Shown here: piece by piece, positions 30,403 through 39,687 of the stretch
Numbering within the stretch: the stretch's first letter is position 1
Layout: every line of letters begins with the position of its first letter
The notes under the pieces: model-generated
Database searches by the model: none
The model's input: only the letters and a program-made list of their open reading frames with translations
Told to the model about the DNA's origin: nothing
Position numbers and translations under genes: made by a program
DNA from: an uncultured Clostridia bacterium
Lineage (GTDB): Bacteria > Bacillota > Clostridia > TANB77 > CAG-508
Direction of reading: 5' to 3'
DNA: 64,000 nt
NCBI GenBank assembly: GCA_934122035.1
Contig: CAKOVP010000001.1
Span: 60 to 64,059 of the forward strand

Positions 30403-30552
30403 TCCTCTAGTATGTTAATCATCACCGCAATTGTCACAGCCAAAGATATTAACGTTACTCCTTCTTCTTTGTTTAATCTATTCCTCTAAAATTATTTTCC
30501 TCCTTCAAGGTATACTTGTTAGAATTTGTATATAATGTGTAGAATTCAGAAT

Positions 30553-32289
30553 TTATAAAAATAAAGCAATTCTGAAACCAGTACTATCATTTGCACTATC
30601 AGAAGTATAACCTCGTGAATTAGCAGATGTTCGACCAGAAATTCCTCCATAACTGCCTCCTCTTGAGACAATTTTTGAAGTATCAGAATATTTTTCAGTT
30701 GTCATTTCTGCTACATTTCCAGCAATGTCATAAATATTTTTTATTACACTAGAACAGCCAGTTGTAACTAATATTGATCTACTCACCATTTTTCCTGCCT
30801 CGTTGCCTGAAAAGTCAATATATCCAACATAAGTGTTATAAAAATTACCAGGCATCTGTCTCCACTCAGTATAAGAAATGCCTTCATTTTTTGGTATAAA
30901 TGTCATCATTGCATCCCAAGCATAACTACTTGGCAATTTAAAATTTAATTCATTCCCATGTTTTATTTTAAAACTTTTTACTAATTCTTGTGCTTGTGCC
31001 AATGTTACATAATTATATGGTGCTTGTCCTCTTTTTATTGTTACAGTGTTAGTTGTTGAAGAATTTTCATCTCTATAGTTTTTTGACTCTGTACTCTCTT
31101 TATCTCCAGCTTCATACCTTCCAAGGTAAAATCCTTTATACATGTCTACACTATTTTTTTCATCATCTGGTAACTTCTCTGTAAAATATTTTGTATTTGA
31201 ACTACTAAAATTTATTTTTTCAGAATTTGTCTCTGTATCTATTTCACCAGTTGCAACCTGAGAACCACTAGCAACTCTTTTATAGTCTTTTATATCATCT
31301 ACAGGTATCCAAACAAATTGATTGCCTACTAAATCAGTACCAACACTAGTAGCTCCACTATATTTATTTTCATCCTCTTTTTCATCCGAAATTATTAGCC
31401 CCCATTTTCTTGTTCCTCCAACATAGTAAAATCCATCTGGTATTATTACTCCATCTATCATATTGTCCACAATATATACGCCTTTTCCAAATGTTACGTC
31501 TGTTATTGCGCCTTCTTCTCTTCCATCTGCTTGTTGTCCTGATATATTAACAGCTATTTTATCTCCTGCTGAAAGTCCACTATCTGCTGATATTGTGTAA
31601 CTTGCTGTTCCTATTGTACCATTCCAAGTAACTGTAACTTCCGTATTATTTATTTTTACTGTAGGTGTTTGAGTTAGTTCATAGTTTGTTATTATTCTTA
31701 ATGTTACCTTATCTCCAAGTGTAGCTTTGTTCTTATTAGATCCATTGCTTTGCATTGTAACAGATGCAACTATGGGAAGATCTGTTTTTTTATAATAATT
31801 TCCAGCAACAAAGTCATCTGTTAAAGTATAATATGTTATTCCATTTATTGTAATTCCTTTTACATAGTATACTGTTAAACTAACATCATCAACAACATAC
31901 AAATCAGTTGTTGTATAATTTTTTTGTTTATTTCCTTCGCCATTATTTAATTCAACGTCTAGTAAGTCTGTTTTTATTGGATAATAGTTGCCTCCATCGT
32001 TTACGTTTTTCATATCTGAGCTTATATTTAAAGCTATTTTAGTACTAGTATCTATTGGTAATGTTCCATTATTCAAATAATATACTTTTACTTCTTCTGT
32101 TAGAGTTACTATATCTTCTTTTACTTCATTAAATCTTTTTAATTCTGTGCTAGTCGATAAACTTGATGTTATAGATATTACCAGAATCATCATTACAACT
32201 ATTGTAACAACTAAAGAAATTAATGTTACACCTTTTTCGCTTTTTAGGTTTTTATGCATCTCTAATCGCATTCCTCCTTCTAGGCACAA
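30553..32289 (-). CDS. pilin-like N-terminal helix protein with Ig-like domain and C-terminal FGE-sulfatase (SUMF1)-type domain
   Basis: N-terminus 'KGVTLISLVVTIVVMMILVISI'. C-terminus has 'FKLPSSYAWDAMM', 'GNVAEMT', 'SRGGSYGG' and 'GFRIALFL', which are hallmark FGE-fold motifs. The probable start is the Met at 32259, giving MHKNLK. Confidence 0.65.
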   Translation of the reverse strand: MCLEGGMRLEMHKNLKSEKGVTLISLVVTIVVMMILVISITSSLSTSTELKRFNEVKEDIVTLTEEVKVYYLNNGTLPIDTSTKIALNISSDMKNVNDGGNYYPIKTDLLDVELNNGEGNKQKNYTTTDLYVVDDVSLTVYYVKGITINGITYYTLTDDFVAGNYYKKTDLPIVASVTMQSNGSNKNKATLGDKVTLRIITNYELTQTPTVKINNTEVTVTWNGTIGTASYTISADSGLSAGDKIAVNISGQQADGREEGAITDVTFGKGVYIVDNMIDGVIIPDGFYYVGGTRKWGLIISDEKEDENKYSGATSVGTDLVGNQFVWIPVDDIKDYKRVASGSQVATGEIDTETNSEKINFSSSNTKYFTEKLPDDEKNSVDMYKGFYLGRYEAGDKESTESKNYRDENSSTTNTVTIKRGQAPYNYVTLAQAQELVKSFKIKHGNELNFKLPSSYAWDAMMTFIPKNEGISYTEWRQMPGNFYNTYVGYIDFSGNEAGKMVSRSILVTTGCSSVIKNIYDIAGNVAEMTTEKYSDTSKIVSRGGSYGGISGRTSANSRGYTSDSANDSTGFRIALFL

Positions 32290-32532
32290 ATAAGGTTGAT
32301 AAATTTAATTATATTTCAACCTCTTAGCCTTTCTTCTGTATACATTTTTCTTTATAATATCATACCATTGGTGTAGTTTCAATAAATAAATTAATTTGTA
32401 ATAAATTTGTAATTTTTTAATTTTGTTGCTTTTGGCCATGGATAATTTCTAAATTATCTTGAAAAAAAAATTTTGCTGTGTTAGTATGTAATTAATATTA
32501 TTTAACAATATTTTATAAGTTAGGAGAAAAAA

Positions 32533-33030
32533 GTGAGAAAAGATAGTAAAATAAGTGGAATAACTTTAATATCCTTAGCTGTGACTATTAGTGTATTAAT
32601 TATTTTATCTGGAGTAACAATAAGTAATTTATTGGGAGAGGATGGTATATTAGAAAAATCAAATCATCAAAAAGAAAAGAGTATGGTAACAATATATAAA
32701 AACCGTATAGAAACAGTAATAAATGAAAGTAAATTAAAATATAGTACAGATAATTTAAGCCTCGCAGAATTAAATGTTGAATTTAATAATAAAGAATGGG
32801 CAAGTAGCATGAGAATAACAGAGAGTGGAACAGATAAGCTACAAGTAAAAACAAATGATGGTTACTTTTTTTATGTAACTGAAAAGTCTATAGAATATAA
32901 AGGTACAAATCAAGAGGATAAGGAAGAGATTAAAATTCCAACGTCAGATGAAATATCGTACACTCCGAAAGATACAAATTGGCATGTGACTACAGTGAAA
33001 GAAGCAATAGATTATTTGATGAATAACTAA
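32533..33030 (+). CDS. pilin-sized protein with the family's conserved pilin-like N-terminus
   Basis: 165 aa; GTG start with RBS AGGAGA; 'ISGITLISLAVTISVLIILSGVTISNLLGEDG'. Confidence 0.55.
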   Translation: MRKDSKISGITLISLAVTISVLIILSGVTISNLLGEDGILEKSNHQKEKSMVTIYKNRIETVINESKLKYSTDNLSLAELNVEFNNKEWASSMRITESGTDKLQVKTNDGYFFYVTEKSIEYKGTNQEDKEEIKIPTSDEISYTPKDTNWHVTTVKEAIDYLMNN

Positions 33031-33054
33031 AATGTGTGAAAGGAAGTAATAAAA

Positions 33055-33579
33055 ATGAGATTTATAAGAAAAAATATTAAATTGATTATAGGGATAATAA
33101 TAGGTATAACTATTACAAGTTGCATAAGTGTATATGCCACATATACATACTTTGCAGATGAAGTAAAATATACTGATAATAAAAGTGTAAAACAAGCGTT
33201 GGATGAATTATATGCAATGAAAAACAGCAATGCAGAATTGGATAACTTAAAAAAACTATTAAATCAAACTAATGCAACTTCGCAAGATATTTTAAATGGG
33301 AAAATAGCATATAGTGGCGGAAATCTAATTACAGGAACATTAAATACAGAAAAAAATTGGACATTAGTAATATCATATAAAATATACTTAGGCTGGAATG
33401 GAAATACAGGATATGGATATAATGAAGGTAAAATTACAGTAAAAAATAAAGATGGAAACAGAACAATAGTTAACAGTGGCGGTTCATTAGCGAGTGCAAC
33501 TGAAAATTGGAATGGAAATTATAGTATAAACTCAAATATTGCAGATGTTAAAATTGAATCGTTTACAATAGATGAATAA
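33055..33579 (+). CDS. hypothetical secreted protein with N-terminal hydrophobic helix (possible minor pilin)
   Basis: 174 aa; N-terminus 'IKLIIGIIIGITITSCISVYA'; RBS AAAGGAAG. Confidence 0.45.
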   Translation: MRFIRKNIKLIIGIIIGITITSCISVYATYTYFADEVKYTDNKSVKQALDELYAMKNSNAELDNLKKLLNQTNATSQDILNGKIAYSGGNLITGTLNTEKNWTLVISYKIYLGWNGNTGYGYNEGKITVKNKDGNRTIVNSGGSLASATENWNGNYSINSNIADVKIESFTIDE

Positions 33580-33624
33580 GATATGAGATATTTGATTTGG
33601 ATATTGTTAGCGAAAGGAGCAAAC

Positions 33625-34017
33625 ATGAATGCAAACGAACCATTAGCATATAGAATGAGTCCTAAAACGCTGGAAGACTATGTGGGACAAGAATAAATTT
33701 TAGGACAAGATAAAATTTTATATAGAACAATAAAGGCAGATAGACTATCTAGCATTATATTATGGGGACCTCCTGGATGCGGAAAAACGTCTCTGGCAAG
33801 GGTTATAAGTAATACTACTAAATATAAATTTACAAAATTGAATGCTGTAACTGCAGGAGTTGGAGACATTAAAAATGCAATTGAGGAAGCTAAAAACCCT
33901 TTTTAAACCCATCTGGAAGATGTATATTATTTATAGATGAAATTCATAGATTTAACAAATTGCAACAAGATGCATTGCTTCCATGTGATCAATTCTGACA
34001 AATTTTGAATTAACTAA
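33625..34017 (+). pseudogene. rarA: recombination factor RarA/MgsA, 5' fragment with in-frame stop, frameshift and truncation
   Basis: Reads 'MNANEPLAYRMSPKTLEDYVGQE*' then 'ILGQDKILY...LWGPPGCGKTSLARVISN' and, in a shifted frame, '[20 protein letters not shown]'. Only about the first 130 of about 420 codons are present. Confidence 0.6.
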
Positions 34018-34588
34018 TTTGTGTAGTTTGTCAATTAATCCTTGTTCTATAAATTTGTCACAGAATTCCATTTCTGCTGAACCTTCACAGTCGGCACATG
34101 TTATTATAGGAGTATTAACATATACATATCCATTGTTTTGAAAATACTCGTGTATTGCAAATGCTGCAACACTTCTAATTCTAAATACTGCATTAAAAGT
34201 ATTTGTTCTTGGACGCAAATGTGCAACAGTTCTTAAATATTCAAAAGAATGTCTTTTCTTTTGTAATGGATAATCTGAATCTGCTAAATTAAATATTTCT
34301 ACACTATCTGCATGAATTTCGAATGGTTGCTTTGCATTCTCCGTTTTTACAACTTTTCCAGTTACTATAATAGATGAACTGATTGTTAATTTACGAACTT
34401 CTTCAAAATTTGCTAATTTATCGTTGAAAACTATTTGCAAATTATTGAAAAAAAGAGCCCTCATTTAATTCTATAAATCCAAAAACTTTTGAATCTCTAA
34501 CTGTTTTAACCCAGCCAGCAACTTCAACAGTTTTGTCAATGTAATTTTCTGTGTTACGATATAAATCTTTAATTGTTACTTTCTCCAT
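33952..34588 (-). pseudogene. asnS: asparaginyl-tRNA synthetase, 5' fragment (frameshifted at a T7 run, truncated)
   Basis: '[47 protein letters not shown]' plus, after a frameshift, 'NNLQIVFN...[22 protein letters not shown]...YVNTPIIT' (OB fold and start of the class II core). Homology ends near 34060, where it meets the rarA fragment. Confidence 0.6.
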
Positions 34589-34852
34589 AAGAAACGCTCC
34601 TATCTCTATTAACATAAGGAAATTATACGCGCAAATGGCAAAAAAATAAAGGAAAAAAGAAATCGAATGTGAAAATTATGAATAAACATTGAAATTTTGT
34701 TGCTTTTTTGCTTGACTTTTAAGCTGTTTTGCTATAGAATAGTATAGCGTAATTAGAGTATGACCATATATAAAAACTTCTCCCCGGTAGTTTTTATAAT
34801 GTGATTTCATATATATTAAAATATTTATATTGAATGGAGGGTATTTTTTACC

Positions 34853-35287
34853 ATGAATAATACAACATATAGTATTAAAAAAAGTGAAATTGAAAGAAAA
34901 TGGTATATAATCGATGCTGCTAACAAACCATTAGGAAGAGTTGCTGCAGAAGCTGCAAAACTTTTAAGAGGAAAACATAAACCTACTTATACTCCAAATA
35001 TGGATGCAGGAGATCACGTTATTATCATAAACTGCTCAGAAGTTGTTTTAACAGGAAATAAAGCAACACAAAAAATTTATAGACATCATTCTTCATACAT
35101 TGGTGGTATGAAAGAAATACAAGCAAAAGATATGCTTGCAAACAAACCAGAAAAAATGATGACTTTAGCTGTTACAGGTATGCTTCCTCACAACAGTTTA
35201 GGAAGACAAATGGCTAAAAAATTAAGAGTATACGCTGGAGCTGAGCATGAAAATATGGCTCAAAAACCAGAAGTATGGAATTTTTAA
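34853..35287 (+). CDS. rplM: 50S ribosomal protein L13
   Basis: 144 aa; strong L13 similarity with GGAGGG RBS. Confidence 0.95.
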   Translation: MNNTTYSIKKSEIERKWYIIDAANKPLGRVAAEAAKLLRGKHKPTYTPNMDAGDHVIIINCSEVVLTGNKATQKIYRHHSSYIGGMKEIQAKDMLANKPEKMMTLAVTGMLPHNSLGRQMAKKLRVYAGAEHENMAQKPEVWNF

Positions 35288-35306
35288 TTAGGAGGGAGAA
35301 ATAAAA

Positions 35307-35717
35307 ATGCCTAGAACAAAAAAGGAACAAGAAGTTTTTAATGGTACTGGAAGAAGAAAAAGTTCAGTTGCTAGAGTTAGAATAATGAGTGGAAAAGGAA
35401 ATATCACAGTTAATGGAAAATCATTAGATGAATATTTCGGAGAAGAAACTCTAAAGGTTATTGTTAGACAACCTTTAACAGCTACAAATACTTTAGATAA
35501 ATTTGATGTTATTGCTACAGTAAAAGGTGGCGGTTTCTCAGGTCAAGCAGGAGCTGTTCGTCATGGTATAGCAAGAGCTTTAAATGAAGCTAACAGAGAA
35601 GAATATAGACCAACTTTAAAAGCAAGCGGATTCTTAACAAGAGATTCTCGTAAGAAGGAAAGAAAGAAATATGGTCTTAAGAAAGCTAGAAAAGCTCCAC
35701 AATTCAGCAAGAGATAG
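35307..35717 (+). CDS. rpsI: 30S ribosomal protein S9
   Basis: 136 aa; the C-terminal '...[12 protein letters not shown]' is typical of S9. Confidence 0.95.
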   Translation: MPRTKKEQEVFNGTGRRKSSVARVRIMSGKGNITVNGKSLDEYFGEETLKVIVRQPLTATNTLDKFDVIATVKGGGFSGQAGAVRHGIARALNEANREEYRPTLKASGFLTRDSRKKERKKYGLKKARKAPQFSKR

Positions 35718-35721
35718 ACTT

Positions 35722-35760
35722 TGTATACAAAAATCGAAAGTTTTTATACTTTCGATTTTT
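35722..35760 (+). terminator. rho-independent terminator of rplM-rpsI
   Basis: AAAATCGAAAGT-ttttat-ACTTTCGATTTTTT. Confidence 0.7.
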
Positions 35761-35986
35761 TCTTTAATTTTAATATTCAGTTTTCTAAAAAATAAAACCA
35801 ACTATATTTCTTTTTTATATATCAAGTTTTTTTATTTCTTTTATGCCTATTTCTCCATTTTTTCCTATCATTGTGTATCTCATATTTTGTATATATTTTT
35901 CTATTTCTTTTATTTTTTCTTTAAATTCATATTCCATTGGATAATTGCTTGTATTAATTAGCTGTATATTATTTATTATTATTCCC

Positions 35987-36736
35987 TCAAATCCTCTTTT
36001 TATATTTATTTCTCCGCTTATACAAATTTAATATTATTGCTGTTCTATTTATATTATATTGATTTATACTTTCTCTGTTAAAGTCAAAATTTATTATATA
36101 TTTTGCTCTTGCAAGGCTTTTTCTTTTATTGTTCAGTACAGCTAGCATCTCTAAATTCTCTTCTGCCCTATCTTCTAATTTTTTTAGCTTTTCTATATTC
36201 TCTGTTACAATATAAATCATTTTATATTGCTTTTTAAAGTTCTCCAATAATTTTGCATCAACTTCATTATTTGTTAAAACATATATGCTCTGTTCTTCTG
36301 CTTGTTCATTTTTTATTTTTATTATATTATTTAAAATTTCTATTATAAAAGTACAATAAATCGCTTTACTGTTTTCATTTTCTTTTATTACATCTTCAAT
36401 ATAATTCTGATGTGTTTTATAATGAAATACTTTTAATAGCCTTATTAAACAATATTTATTCCTGTTATTATTTCTATCTTTATCCTTATCATCATTTAAT
36501 TTTAAATTAGTTTTTATACACTCTATTACTCTTTTAGACGGTATTATATCTATTTGCTCTTTTCTATTTACATTTCTTATTAATTTATAAATTCTTCTAT
36601 TAATTTTCTCAACTGTTTTTTGAACATTTTTATACACCTTTTCTCTTATATAATAAATATCATCATTTAAAGTATTGTAATTCTCTTTTTCATTCTCTTC
36701 ATATACATCAACATAAATCTTCAAAACAATCACCAT
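35987..36736 (-). CDS. hypothetical protein (Lys/Asn-rich)
   Basis: 249-aa ORF with no recognised domain; preceded by the tandem repeat pair. Confidence 0.35.
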   Translation of the reverse strand: MVIVLKIYVDVYEENEKENYNTLNDDIYYIREKVYKNVQKTVEKINRRIYKLIRNVNRKEQIDIIPSKRVIECIKTNLKLNDDKDKDRNNNRNKYCLIRLLKVFHYKTHQNYIEDVIKENENSKAIYCTFIIEILNNIIKIKNEQAEEQSIYVLTNNEVDAKLLENFKKQYKMIYIVTENIEKLKKLEDRAEENLEMLAVLNNKRKSLARAKYIINFDFNRESINQYNINRTAIILNLYKRRNKYKKRI

Positions 36737-36810
36737 TAAATATTATTTAACAAATAAAATTATTATTCTTTTTTAAATACACTATTTTTTACATCACCTG
36801 TCTAAAGAAA

Positions 36811-37090
36811 CTAATACATTGGAAAAAAATATTCAAGTCAATAACTCGAATAACTGCTTGCAAAATTGATGCTTCATAATTTTGTAAGTAGTTTGAAGAT
36901 GTTTTGACGCAGAATATTCTTTTTACAACTGTATTAGTTTCTTGTTACTCATCTTAAATAAAAGCTAATACATTGAAAAAAATATTCAAGTCAATAACTC
37001 GAATAACTGCTTGCAAAATTGATGCTTTATAATTTTGTAAGCAGTTTGAAGATGTTTTGACGCAGAATATTCTTTTTACAACTGTATTAG
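36811..37090. repeat. tandem direct repeat: two about 126-bp units (36811-36937, 36965-37090) with 8-9 bp terminal inverted repeats and an internal hairpin
   Basis: Units are about 96% identical. Each begins CTAATACA and ends TGTATTAG, and contains AACTGCTTGCAAAATT...AATTTTGTAAGYAGTT (a 16-bp imperfect stem). Confidence 0.85.
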
Positions 37091-37120
37091 CTTTTTAATA
37101 TTCATTATAAATAATTTAAA

Positions 37121-38812
37121 TTACTTCACATTAAGTATCTCAGATATTGTTCCCCAAATTTCCTCTGGTTCTCTGTCTTTTGCCCAGAATGATGCTCCAG
37201 CTAAATTATACGTGTTTACTAAGTTCAATTTGTATGTTAAAGATTTTGTATCTTCTATCCACATTTTATATGTTTTTCCATTTTTAGTATATTCAGCATA
37301 ATTTTGTTTTAAAGAATCATCCCAAGTAATTGTTGCATTTTCTGGTAGAGTTTGCTTTATCTCGTTCATAAATACAACTTTGCTATCTATGCTCCCATTT
37401 TTTTCCGTCCAAAGTCTTGTATAGAATGGTGCTCCTAAAATTAATTTTTCCGAAGGAACTTCCTCTTGCTTTAAGAATTTTTTTATGTTTGCTTCTACCC
37501 AATCGCATCCTGCTGTTGTTCCTTCTTTTGGAGATGATATACCATTTTGGTCATATCCCATAAATACTATATAATCTGCTGCTTTTGCTATTTCGTTTCT
37601 GTTATAACACAAAGACCAATCTGGAGATCCATCTGGTGCTGTTACATCTACAGATAGAACTTTACCTAAATCTCTTAGTCTTGGAGCAAGCTCTACTACT
37701 AGTCTTGTATACATTTCCTTATCTGATTCGTAAATGTTTTCAAAGTCTAAGTTTATTCCATCTAAGTTAAATGTAACAACTGCTGTTATAATATTGTCTA
37801 TAAGTTTTTGTCTTAGTTCATAATCATTTATGATTTCTGATGTTGTGTCTTTTAAAGAATTATTAGAGATTGATGCCCAAACTTTATATCCGTTGTTATG
37901 AGCCCAATTTATATAGCTAGTTCCTCTTGTTCCAACATTTGCGACTATGTTTCCTTTTCCAAGTTTTTGTAATGTAAAGAATGTTGGAGAGACAACATTT
38001 ACTCCCTCTATTTTTCCACTTCTTTGAGGAGCTTGTCCATATTCTGAGAAATAATCCCAAAACATACTAATATTTCCTTCTATTTGCTTTTCTATTTCTA
38101 AATTGTCTCTTACTTTTTTTGTATTTGCAAGTGTGTTCGTTTTTACATAACCAACTTTTCCACTTTCTGTTGTAACTTTTGTCCAACCATTTGCTACATT
38201 TTCTTGATTTGCTGCAATTGTTAGTGTATCTCCTTTTGCAACCTTTGCAACTGTTCTAGAAAAAGTATCTGGTTTGTATTTTACTTTGTTGTTTTTACTG
38301 CTATTTGCATAAGTTAGTTCTTTATCTAAGGAAACAAGTATTACTGTATCTGTTTCCTGTGAATACGTTGTTTCCACATTATATACACTCTTGCTTATTT
38401 CTGAAAATGGCAAATAAAAATTATCATTTACTTTTTTGGCAGCTGCAATTAAGTCTTTTTCAGCTCCATTTACAATCATTTTTTTCTCGTCTAATTTTAA
38501 TGTAGCAACTTTTGTATTTGAAGTTGTAATTATCTGATCATATTTATTATCATAAAATATGCTTCCATCAAAGAAATTTGCAATATCCTTTGTTGATACA
38601 TAAATTACTCCATTTTCTACTATAACATCATTTTTCAAATTTTTTGTAATGTTACTATTATTTATAACCAAATTTGTTTTTGCTGTTATATCATTTTTTA
38701 TATAATTTGATGATTTATTTAATACAAATGCTGTTGCAAGCAAGAATATTATTACTACTACCAATTTATATAAATATATTTTTTTCTCTTTTTTTGCCTT
38801 TTTTATCGCCAT
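37121..38812 (-). CDS. glycoside hydrolase family 18 protein with N-terminal anchor, copper-amine-oxidase-like/SH3-like modules (spore peptidoglycan hydrolase-like)
   Basis: GH18 catalytic motif 'LDGINLDFEN'; N-terminal TM; 563 aa. Confidence 0.65.
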   Translation of the reverse strand: MAIKKAKKEKKIYLYKLVVVIIFLLATAFVLNKSSNYIKNDITAKTNLVINNSNITKNLKNDVIVENGVIYVSTKDIANFFDGSIFYDNKYDQIITTSNTKVATLKLDEKKMIVNGAEKDLIAAAKKVNDNFYLPFSEISKSVYNVETTYSQETDTVILVSLDKELTYANSSKNNKVKYKPDTFSRTVAKVAKGDTLTIAANQENVANGWTKVTTESGKVGYVKTNTLANTKKVRDNLEIEKQIEGNISMFWDYFSEYGQAPQRSGKIEGVNVVSPTFFTLQKLGKGNIVANVGTRGTSYINWAHNNGYKVWASISNNSLKDTTSEIINDYELRQKLIDNIITAVVTFNLDGINLDFENIYESDKEMYTRLVVELAPRLRDLGKVLSVDVTAPDGSPDWSLCYNRNEIAKAADYIVFMGYDQNGISSPKEGTTAGCDWVEANIKKFLKQEEVPSEKLILGAPFYTRLWTEKNGSIDSKVVFMNEIKQTLPENATITWDDSLKQNYAEYTKNGKTYKMWIEDTKSLTYKLNLVNTYNLAGASFWAKDREPEEIWGTISEILNVK

Positions 38813-38887
38813 ATTTTATTGGTTTCCTTTCCTTGGGCACAAATTTTGGGTAAAAATTTATCTATTTTTTACTCACTTTGTAGCTCT

Positions 38888-39670
38888 TTAGTACTTTAAT
38901 ATTTGATTTCTAACTATTACTTCTGGTTCTTGTAATTGCTCAGTTTTTGTTTCTTCGTTTCTTTCTTGTAACAACTTTTTTTTTCCAAATTTAGATCTTT
39001 TTCTAGATTTTATTTGATATTGTTGTTCTTCATCTACTATTGTAAAATCTCTAGTTTCGTCTACTTTTATATATTGAGGCTCATTGTTTTTATTTATGTT
39101 ATATTCTATACTATTGTGTTCGTGTTTATTGTAGAATGTTTCTATATATTGCTTTATTTTATGATATCCTTTTTCTTCTTCTTCAAGGTATTCCTCTATA
39201 TTATTTCTTAAATCTTTAGGAAATCTTTCCATTGGATAGTCTAAATATTTGCATTGCCAAATAGCCATTCTATCTTCACTTGTATAGTTTGAATTTATTA
39301 AATCATCACAGTTATATTCTGCTAAAAATTCTACATTTTCTATGCTGATTGTTATGTTACTCCACAAAATTCTATCGTACCTATAACACTCATGTCTTAG
39401 TTCTTTTAATAATCCATATAATTCAGCTGTTAATTTTATATATTCTTTTTCATCTAGATTAAATTTTAAAGGAATTTGATACACGTTAATTGGATTTCTT
39501 TTTATTATGCTTTTAGGAAAATAGTAAAAAAACATTTCTCCTGTTTCTTCACCATTTTCCCTTTGTATTACTGTTGCATATAAATATATACTTTCCCATT
39601 TTTCTGGTATCATATAAAATAGACATTGTCTAATTTTGGAATATAGTTCTCTTATTGTTGCTTTCGCCAT
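38888..39670 (-). CDS. DUF600/YezG-family immunity protein (polymorphic-toxin antitoxin family), with extended acidic/basic C-terminal tail
   Basis: 'ELYSKIRQCLFYMIPEKWESIYLYATVIQRENGEETGEMFFYYFPK...LYGLLKELR' matches the DUF600 N-terminal pattern. Confidence 0.55.
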   Translation of the reverse strand: MAKATIRELYSKIRQCLFYMIPEKWESIYLYATVIQRENGEETGEMFFYYFPKSIIKRNPINVYQIPLKFNLDEKEYIKLTAELYGLLKELRHECYRYDRILWSNITISIENVEFLAEYNCDDLINSNYTSEDRMAIWQCKYLDYPMERFPKDLRNNIEEYLEEEEKGYHKIKQYIETFYNKHEHNSIEYNINKNNEPQYIKVDETRDFTIVDEEQQYQIKSRKRSKFGKKKLLQERNEETKTEQLQEPEVIVRNQILKY

Positions 39671-39687
39671 CTAATTACTCCATAAAA

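Noticed and set aside
32290-32532. c-di-GMP riboswitch upstream of the pilin-like genes, as in some clostridial pilin operons.
   Set aside because: The region is uniformly AT-rich with only a short AGGTTGA/TCAACCT hairpin, and none of the GC-rich conserved riboswitch cores were seen.
33625-34017. Considered whether the rarA and asnS lesions follow the same C-before-GGN pattern as ylbJ and tauE.
   Set aside because: They do not. rarA has a TAA nonsense codon plus a shift in a T5 run, and asnS shifts in a T7 run. These are homopolymer-type lesions plus truncations, so they are treated as a separate breakpoint-and-decay phenomenon.
34600-34852. Looked for a T-box leader upstream of the asnS fragment and a ribosomal-protein leader upstream of rplM.
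   Set aside because: The intergenic region is only about 250 bp and is shared with the rplM promoter. No T-box specifier or antiterminator features were seen, and an L13 leader cannot be supported by eye.
35671-35961. Plus-strand 96-aa ORF after rpsI, and a possible 40-aa minus-strand ORF just downstream of the gene at 35987.
   Set aside because: Both are low-complexity and AT-rich, follow a terminator or lack a credible RBS, and are probably non-coding.
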